Source: Candidatus Saccharimonadota bacterium (GTDB lineage Bacteria; Patescibacteriota; Saccharimonadia; Saccharimonadales; Saccharimonadaceae). Taken from it: a DNA stretch of 64,000 bases. A model generated the notes under the pieces. It had not been told where the DNA came from. It did no database searches and saw nothing but the letters and a program-made list of their open reading frames with translations. Both the position numbers and the translations under genes were made by a program. Positions 55,885-64,000 of this stretch are shown piece after piece (the first letter of the stretch is position 1; every line of letters starts with the position of its first letter). The DNA lies in contig JAFRAS010000007.1 in NCBI GenBank assembly GCA_017405265.1, forward strand, positions 3,524 to 67,523. Reading direction: 5' to 3'.

Positions 55885-56016
55885 GCACACGCACTTTATC
55901 GTCCCCCGGGGTCGCCCCCGGGGGGCAATCCCAAATTTGTTTCTGAGACGATTCGATTTTAATTTAACAATTAGGCTTGTAACACTTCGATAATACTCAA
56001 TTAACGAAAGGATTTT

Positions 56017-57252
56017 ATGAATAAATCTCTTAAATCTGGCGCTCTTCTCGCTTCGGCCGCTGCCGTCGCGTTCCTGAGCGTCCCGACCTTCGCCTATGGT
56101 CCCGCTCGTGCTGAGTTCACGATGGAGACCCCGGCGACCTACGTCACCTTCAACTCGATCGTTGACAACAACAAAGAAGTTGGGAACGAGTTTAACTTCT
56201 TCTCCACTTCTCTTTACACTGGCAATTATGCCGACAACTCGTGGAAAGACGAGATCACCGTCGAAGACGGTAAAGAATACATCCTTCGGATGTATGTCCA
56301 CAACAACGCTTACTCTGGTTCCGGCCTTGTCGCCGAAGACACCACGGCTTACGTGATTCTTCCGACTACCAGCGCCTCTGAGCTTACCGTTTCTGGTAAA
56401 ATCTACTCGAGTAATGCCAACCCCCAGAAAGTCTGGGACTCTGCCACTTTCAAATCGAAAAATGGCGAAAAATTCAACCTTGCCTACGTTGACGGCACGG
56501 CTGAATACTACAACACGAAAAACGGTGAACTCAGAAAGTTCACCCTGGGCAAGGAATTGCTCTCCTCTACCGGCGCCCTCTTGGGTTACGACACGATGGA
56601 CGGCAAAATCCCCGGCTGTATCGAATATTCCGGTTATGTTACGCTCCGCGTGAAAGCTCAATTCGAGCAGACCGCTGACCTCGACATTACCCAGGAAGTC
56701 CGCGTCAAAGGTTCCGACACTTGGGCCGAATCGACGGCCGCGAACTGTGGTGACACGGTTGAATACCGCATCCACTACAAAAACACCGGTACCGCCATCC
56801 AAAAAGACGTGTTGATTCGCGAGACTCTGCCCTCTGGTCAGACTCTCGTCCCCGGCACTACCCAGGTTTATAACCAGGGTAACGACGGCGTCATCGTTTC
56901 CGACAACATTACCAGCGAATCTGGTATCAATATTGGTAACTACGCCGCTGGTGGTGGCGCTTGGATCTACTTCGAAGCTACCGTAAACAGTGATGTTTGC
57001 GAATGTGGCGATGCCGATGTGATTCAGCGCGCCAAAGTCGAAGCCAACGGTGGTTATCAAACCGAGTCCGATGAGACTGATGTCAATATCGACATCAAGG
57101 CCTGCGAAACTCCGGTAACCCCTGTTGACCCGACTCCCGAAAAGATGCCGACGACCGGCCCTGCCGACGTCGTCACTGGCGTCGTTGCCGCGACGGCTCT
57201 CACTACCGCCACTGGCTACTTCGTTGCAAGCCGCAAAAAACTCAATCGGTAA
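56017..57252 (+). CDS. Secreted DUF11/pilin-like Ig-domain protein with sortase-type signal
   Basis: Signal peptide, GDTVEYRIHYKNTG..ETLPSG, MPTTG + TM + RKK. Confidence 0.82.
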   Translation: MNKSLKSGALLASAAAVAFLSVPTFAYGPARAEFTMETPATYVTFNSIVDNNKEVGNEFNFFSTSLYTGNYADNSWKDEITVEDGKEYILRMYVHNNAYSGSGLVAEDTTAYVILPTTSASELTVSGKIYSSNANPQKVWDSATFKSKNGEKFNLAYVDGTAEYYNTKNGELRKFTLGKELLSSTGALLGYDTMDGKIPGCIEYSGYVTLRVKAQFEQTADLDITQEVRVKGSDTWAESTAANCGDTVEYRIHYKNTGTAIQKDVLIRETLPSGQTLVPGTTQVYNQGNDGVIVSDNITSESGINIGNYAAGGGAWIYFEATVNSDVCECGDADVIQRAKVEANGGYQTESDETDVNIDIKACETPVTPVDPTPEKMPTTGPADVVTGVVAATALTTATGYFVASRKKLNR

Positions 57253-57285
57253 ATAGTTTATCCGCTACTTACTGACAAAGAAGGA

Positions 57286-57360
57286 CCCCCGCTTGAAAAG
57301 CGGGGGGACTTTTTTGTATGTATATACAAGAAAAGCCTCCGTGAAAAGCGGAGGCTTTTT
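57286..57360 (+). terminator. Tandem intrinsic terminators
   Basis: CCCCCGCTT-GAA-AAGCGGGGG then T-run; AAAAGCCTCCG...CGGAGGCTTTT. Confidence 0.8.
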
Positions 57361-57386
57361 GACTTTTGTGCTATAATAATATTATT

Positions 57387-60300
57387 ATGGCAGACGACTA
57401 CGATGATGAAAATCTTGAGCAGGAGGACGGCGAGGGGCGCTCGAATCTTTATAATGCCGCTCAGTCCGAGTGGCTGGCCGAAGCGACCGGAAAAAAGTCC
57501 GCTTCGCGTGAGCTGACCGCCGGCGCGAACCCCGAGAACGAGAATAAAAAATCCCTCGCGAGCCGCGACGCTCGTGACACTTTTCTCAATGCCGAAAAAT
57601 CCGCCGAGAGGGGCGGTCGCCTGAAAAAAACCGCCGAACGTGCCGAAACTGCCACGTCCTACGTCTCGAATGTGAAGGGCAAGGGCGCCACCGAAACCGC
57701 CACCGTGAACGGTAAAAAGGGCAAAAACGGCAAAAAGAAAGCCGGCCTGAGAGGCAAAAAGGGCGTCCTCGTCGTCATTGTGATTTTGCTCGTAGTTTTC
57801 GCTGGCACCTCTTTTATCTCTCAGTCTTTCCAGGGTTTCTCCTTCTCTCAAAACGTGATTTTAAAAAAGGACACTTCCTCCGCCGTCATCGAAGACCGGC
57901 TGAAAGACATTTTGGCCTACCAGCTTAACCCCTCCGACGAAGCTATCGCGATGGAACAAGAAATGGGAACGAGAAACTACGAACTCTCCGACTATATGCT
58001 CGAGCTTTTCGCCGAGCATAACCTCGTTGTTATTCCGACTACGCTTGCCGACGGCACTACCGTTCGCGTTTTGGCCTATCAAGAACCCTCGACGAACACC
58101 ATCGCCGCCGTGACGAAAACCACCGCCGACCGCGCCGAGCTGATGACCGCGCTCGCCGCCCAAACCGGCTCAAGTGTCGTCTCTCTCGACACGAATTTGA
58201 ACGTTTTCGGCGTCGCGGACGCCTCCGCCGCCACCTCGCTCGAAGATTCTTATTTCGAAGTTGCCCGCATCATCGCGAACTCCTCCTGGCACGACGCTAC
58301 TTCCGACGCCTATGTGAAGCGCCTGGGCCAAGACCGCACGAAATACAACGCTGACGCCTACGACGCCGACAAAACCGCGATTCAAAAATCTGAACAGAAT
58401 AAACGCCTGACCGAACAGGGGACCATGTCGAGCGATTCTAACTCTTCCGACGAATGCGAACAAACAATAGTTCATTATGGCACTCAAGTTCAAGTTGGCA
58501 CCGACGAAGAGACCGGAGAGCCTATTTACGAAACAGAAGAAACTGGTACCCAGACTACTAAAGTCTGTAAAAAAATTAACAAAAAAACCGGCGAAGAAAC
58601 TGTAGAAGAAACAGTTACTCCTGAAACCCCGCCCCCTGGCTCTCCCATTCCAGGCCGCACTGAACACTCAAAAGTCCCCGAAAGTCTCTTCGACGAAGAC
58701 CTCGTTAAAGAGCGCGAACAATATGAGGGCACAGAATACACCACCTACGTCGAGGACGCCTTAATTGAGCGTCTGACCAAGGTTGCCGCCCAAAACCAGA
58801 ACATCGGAACCTGGGTCACCGTTTTACTCACCGGCAACATCGATAGGGACTGCGCCGCCGCGAAAGCTGCCACTTCGACTAACGCTGTAGTTTATTCTAT
58901 TCGTCGTGCTCAATCCGTCAACGCCGCTTCTTCTTATCTCATCGCGATTCAAAAGGCTCAAGCCGGCGACGGTGGCACCGAAATGAACTATTACCAAAAC
59001 CTCGCGAACATTCCCGTAACCCAAACCGATGATTCGGGCAACACGACTAAAAAGGCTATGACTGAGTCCGACGCCTTTAATACTTATTTTTCCGACGACT
59101 ATTTCGTCTCCGAGGACGACCCCTTTGTTTATGACTACTCTACCGAAAAAACTCTCCATACTGCTTTCGACTCTGGCGCCACCTCTGCGGATGCTTATAA
59201 ATACTGCACGAATGAAAATAAACAGGCCATTCATTATACTGATATTGCTGGTCTTCTTTCCTCTTCCCAAAAATCTGACTTCACTGAGGAATTCGAATCC
59301 GCAGGCAAAGCATCTGATTTTACTGCCGATATCTGGGCGGCCATCCGCGATGCCATTGGTTGGAATGACACTGTAAAGCGCGTAATCGATAACGCCTCTC
59401 CCGAAATTAACAAAGCTCTCCAAAACGATCCTTTGACCGACTTTGGCGGCGAGAATACCGCCGTCGCGATTAATAACGGCATCGATTTCTATGTCGCCGG
59501 CCAACTCCGCCAAACTTCCGGCACCTTCGGTAACGAATCCGAAGTCATCGCGACCTATACGAAAGTGAATGAGCGCATCGCTCGCACCGCGACCTACGAC
59601 CAACGTAACCTTTCGCCTTTCGACACTTCCTCGAATTACACTTTCCTCGGCTCTCTCTTGACCACTCTGACTCCCGTCGCTTCGCATCTTCACTCCTTCT
59701 CCTCCTTCCTTTCCTCTGCCGCCTCGACCGTTTCCTCTTCTTTCTTTAATATTATCCCCTCCGCCTCTGCCCTCACTGCCGACCAAACCGCGAAACTTGC
59801 CGCCACTTTGAAACATGATTGTTATTTCTCTGCTGACGATAGTGTCGATATGGTTGCTACTGTTGAGTGCGTTAATATTCCGGCTCACAACATGACTCAT
59901 ATCAATACCCCCTACGAAGAAATTGTCACCAAAATGAAAGACGGCGGTTATATTACCGACGATCTGAAGCCTGTCGCCGAAAGCGAATATGATTACTGGC
60001 TTCATTATTGCACTCAATCCGAATCGGCTATAAACAATTACGATTTTTCCTTTATGGAGCCAACCAAGAACAATCTTAACAAAGTTGACGAAGACTATGG
60101 TTTTCTTCGCACCAAGAAATCTTGTGGCGGCAACCACGAGAAAACTGATCTCTACGCCCTCTTCTCCCAATTCACCCTCGACAACCGCATCATCGCCCTC
60201 GCGAACGGCACCGGCTACTCCACCGTCGCCGCCTACTTAAACGACTATTACGTAGAGCATCCCATCGACGAGTCCTACGAAGGCCTCATCTCTCGCTACT

Positions 60301-60527
60301 CCGGCCTCCCGAAAGAAGAAGTCGTCGCCTATCTTGAGACTGCGAAATATTGGGACGAAATCGCGAGCTACGACCCGACCACTCGCTACCAATTCGACGA
60401 AGCCCCGACTCCCGCCGCCATCTTCTTCGAATCGACCTCCCTCATCGCCGACCTCGAGCCCGAATTTGCTAAAAAGTTGAAAGAAGTCGTTTACCAAGAG
60501 ACGCGTTATCGCAATTTTGCCGCCTAA
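57387..60527 (+). CDS. Large hypothetical membrane-anchored protein
   Basis: About 1046 aa, charged N-terminus, TM near aa 125-145; start after TGCTATAAT. Confidence 0.75.
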   Translation: MADDYDDENLEQEDGEGRSNLYNAAQSEWLAEATGKKSASRELTAGANPENENKKSLASRDARDTFLNAEKSAERGGRLKKTAERAETATSYVSNVKGKGATETATVNGKKGKNGKKKAGLRGKKGVLVVIVILLVVFAGTSFISQSFQGFSFSQNVILKKDTSSAVIEDRLKDILAYQLNPSDEAIAMEQEMGTRNYELSDYMLELFAEHNLVVIPTTLADGTTVRVLAYQEPSTNTIAAVTKTTADRAELMTALAAQTGSSVVSLDTNLNVFGVADASAATSLEDSYFEVARIIANSSWHDATSDAYVKRLGQDRTKYNADAYDADKTAIQKSEQNKRLTEQGTMSSDSNSSDECEQTIVHYGTQVQVGTDEETGEPIYETEETGTQTTKVCKKINKKTGEETVEETVTPETPPPGSPIPGRTEHSKVPESLFDEDLVKEREQYEGTEYTTYVEDALIERLTKVAAQNQNIGTWVTVLLTGNIDRDCAAAKAATSTNAVVYSIRRAQSVNAASSYLIAIQKAQAGDGGTEMNYYQNLANIPVTQTDDSGNTTKKAMTESDAFNTYFSDDYFVSEDDPFVYDYSTEKTLHTAFDSGATSADAYKYCTNENKQAIHYTDIAGLLSSSQKSDFTEEFESAGKASDFTADIWAAIRDAIGWNDTVKRVIDNASPEINKALQNDPLTDFGGENTAVAINNGIDFYVAGQLRQTSGTFGNESEVIATYTKVNERIARTATYDQRNLSPFDTSSNYTFLGSLLTTLTPVASHLHSFSSFLSSAASTVSSSFFNIIPSASALTADQTAKLAATLKHDCYFSADDSVDMVATVECVNIPAHNMTHINTPYEEIVTKMKDGGYITDDLKPVAESEYDYWLHYCTQSESAINNYDFSFMEPTKNNLNKVDEDYGFLRTKKSCGGNHEKTDLYALFSQFTLDNRIIALANGTGYSTVAAYLNDYYVEHPIDESYEGLISRYSGLPKEEVVAYLETAKYWDEIASYDPTTRYQFDEAPTPAAIFFESTSLIADLEPEFAKKLKEVVYQETRYRNFAA

Positions 60528-60545
60528 TTGTGGTATAATAGAACA

Positions 60546-60833
60546 ATGAAAATCACGCGCGAGGATATTGACCATCTTGCCGAACTCTCGAATTTTTCGC
60601 TCGAAGACGCCGAAAAAGAGAGTCTAAAAGGCGATTTGGAAAATATAATACAATATATTTCAGAATTGTCAAACTTAGATACCGACGGCATCTCTCCCAC
60701 TTTCCAAGTTTTTGAAATGGAAAATGTCTGGCGCGACGACGAAATTCTGGCGCAAGATGCCGACCGCGAATCTCTTCTCGCCTTGACAAAGGAAGAAGAG
60801 GATCACCAAATTAAAATCCCGAAGGTGCTCTGA
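60546..60833 (+). CDS. gatC: Asp/Glu-tRNA amidotransferase subunit C
   Basis: ITREDIDHLAELS, NVWRDD, KIPKVL; precedes gatA. Confidence 0.93.
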   Translation: MKITREDIDHLAELSNFSLEDAEKESLKGDLENIIQYISELSNLDTDGISPTFQVFEMENVWRDDEILAQDADRESLLALTKEEEDHQIKIPKVL

Positions 60834-60834
60834 T

Positions 60835-62273
<1,439 letters not shown>

Positions 62274-62277
<4 letters not shown>

Positions 62278-62693
62278 ACATCCAGCCTTTCGTTTTTGGC
62301 ATCGCCGTCGTAATTATTGGCGTTTTAGTTTTTCTCGCCATCCTCGCGACCTCTCGTCGCCCACACAAATTCAACCGCGAAAAATACCAGTCCGACTTCC
62401 TCGCCATCGAAACCTCCCTCGAAAAGGACAACCGTGCCTCTTACAATATGGCGCTCATCTCGGCCGACAAACTCCTCGACCGCGCCCTTTTCGAAACTGG
62501 CGTGAACGGAAAGACTATGGGCGACCGCCTGAAAAAATCCGGCGAAAAATTCACTGAATTGAACTCTGTCTGGTACGCCCACAAACTCCGAAATCGCATC
62601 GCCCACGAGCCAGGTTTTTCGATTGAATATTCCGCCGCCCGCCACGCCCTCGCCGTTTATAAACAAGCATTACAAGATTTAGGAGCGATCTAA
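62274..62693 (+). CDS. Hypothetical single-TM protein between gatA and gatB
   Basis: ADKLLD.AL, GKTMGDRLK, AHKLRNRIAHE; translationally coupled on both sides. Confidence 0.75.
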
Positions 62694-64000
62694 TGAAAAA
62701 ATACGAAATCACCATCGGCATCGAATGCCACGTCCAACTCGCGACTAAAACGAAGTTATTCTCCGAGGTCGATAACGACGCCCGCGGAAAGTCCCCGAAC
62801 TCTTGCGTCTCCCCTGTCGATTACGCCCTCCCCGGCATGCTCCCGCGTTTGAATAAAGCCGCCGTCGAAATGGCCGTGACCGCCGGTCTCGCCCTGAACT
62901 CGACCATTAACTTAAAATCCCGCTTCGACCGGAAGCACTATTTCTATCCCGACCTCCCGAAAGGCTACCAAATCACCCAGCTCTACTCTCCGATTATCGG
63001 TCCGGGTTACGTCGAACTCCCCTCCGGCACGAAAGTCCGCATCGAGCACGCCCATCTCGAAGAAGACGCTGGAAAACTCACTCACTTCGACACTTATTCT
63101 CTCGTGGACTTAAACCGCGCCGGTACTCCTCTAATCGAAATCGTCTCGATGCCCGACATCCACTCCGCCGAAGACGCCCGCGACTACTGCAAAGAACTCT
63201 GGCGCCTCATGACCTATTCCGGCGTCTGTCTTGGCGACCTCTATAACGGCAACATGCGCTTCGACGTCAACATCTCCCTCGCCGAACCGGGCGCCGAAAA
63301 ACTCGGCACTCGCGCCGAGATAAAGAACCTGAACTCTTTCCGCTCCGTCGAGCACGCTGTCGCCTACGAATACGAACGCCAGTCGAAACTCCTCGACCGT
63401 GGCGAAAAAGTGAAACAAGAAACCCGCGGCTTCTCCGACGCCACCGGAAAAACCACCTCCCAGCGCTCAAAAGAGGAGTCTCAGGATTACCGCTACATGC
63501 CCGAGCCCGACCTCCCGCCCCTGAACCTCCCCGAGTCCCTTGTCGAAGAAAAGAAAAAGTCTCTCCCGCTCTTGCCAAGTGACTATCGTCGTATGTTCGG
63601 AGGTCTTATCCCGGAGAACATTCTCGAGATTCTCTTAGATTACCCTTCGCTCATGCAAAAACTCGCCGAAGTTGACAAAAAATTTGCGACAAAAGTCGCG
63701 AACCTCTTCTCCTCTGTCCTCCTTGCCGAAGAAAACGCGAGCCTCTTAAACGACCCTCTCCCGAGCAAAGACCAACTCGAGGATTTGATTTCTATGCAAG
63801 AAAACGGCGACCTCTCTTCGACCGCCGTAAAATCCGTTTTCTTAAAATTCTTTGACAAAGAAATGCATTTTAAGTCCACCGAAACTATTGCGAAAGAACT
63901 GAACCTAATCCAAGAAAACGACACTGATACTCTCGAAAAAATCGTCGAAGACGTCGTGAGCGACCCCGCCTGCGAAAAAGCCGTCGCCGACTTCAAGTCC
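62693..64000 (+). CDS. gatB: Asp/Glu-tRNA amidotransferase subunit B, 3'-truncated by the window
   Basis: MKKYEITIGIECHVQL.TKTKLFS, FDRKHYFYPDLPKGYQITQ, DYRYMPEPDLP read directly from the DNA. Confidence 0.96.
   Translation, partial: MKKYEITIGIECHVQLATKTKLFSEVDNDARGKSPNSCVSPVDYALPGMLPRLNKAAVEMAVTAGLALNSTINLKSRFDRKHYFYPDLPKGYQITQLYSPIIGPGYVELPSGTKVRIEHAHLEEDAGKLTHFDTYSLVDLNRAGTPLIEIVSMPDIHSAEDARDYCKELWRLMTYSGVCLGDLYNGNMRFDVNISLAEPGAEKLGTRAEIKNLNSFRSVEHAVAYEYERQSKLLDRGEKVKQETRGFSDATGKTTSQRSKEESQDYRYMPEPDLPPLNLPESLVEEKKKSLPLLPSDYRRMFGGLIPENILEILLDYPSLMQKLAEVDKKFATKVANLFSSVLLAEENASLLNDPLPSKDQLEDLISMQENGDLSSTAVKSVFLKFFDKEMHFKSTETIAKELNLIQENDTDTLEKIVEDVVSDPACEKAVADFKS

Overview
Chromosomal segment of a small-genome bacterium. 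Gene content (short AlaRS, gatCAB, baseplate-J-like/ruvX/mltG/LysM-CHAP/obg block, VirB6-like and pilin-like proteins, LPxTG proteins, orphan PemK) best fits Candidatus Saccharibacteria (TM7, CPR); this taxonomy is inferred. Housekeeping genes (trpS, alaS, hisS, obg, ftsEX, gatCAB, tRNA-Ala, tRNA-Glu) alternate with two tRNA-adjacent accessory regions and an ~18 kb surface-polysaccharide locus. Main unusual signals: (1) several families of structured palindromic repeats with compensatory base changes, one inserted without breaking the reading frame inside three unrelated genes (gatA, a glycosyltransferase, a baseplate-like protein), plus a nested one in obg; (2) a ~50-nt three-way-junction RNA with its own promoter, found twice, each time directly 3' of an RNase toxin gene; (3) an atypical glycyl-radical enzyme plus activase inside the polysaccharide locus; (4) a MurL-MurD fusion; (5) an acyl-ligase/ACP/PPTase operon; (6) a 130-nt structured leader ahead of a restriction-like nuclease; (7) pervasive leaderless gene starts. 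All calls come from motif recognition by eye; no database searches were run.
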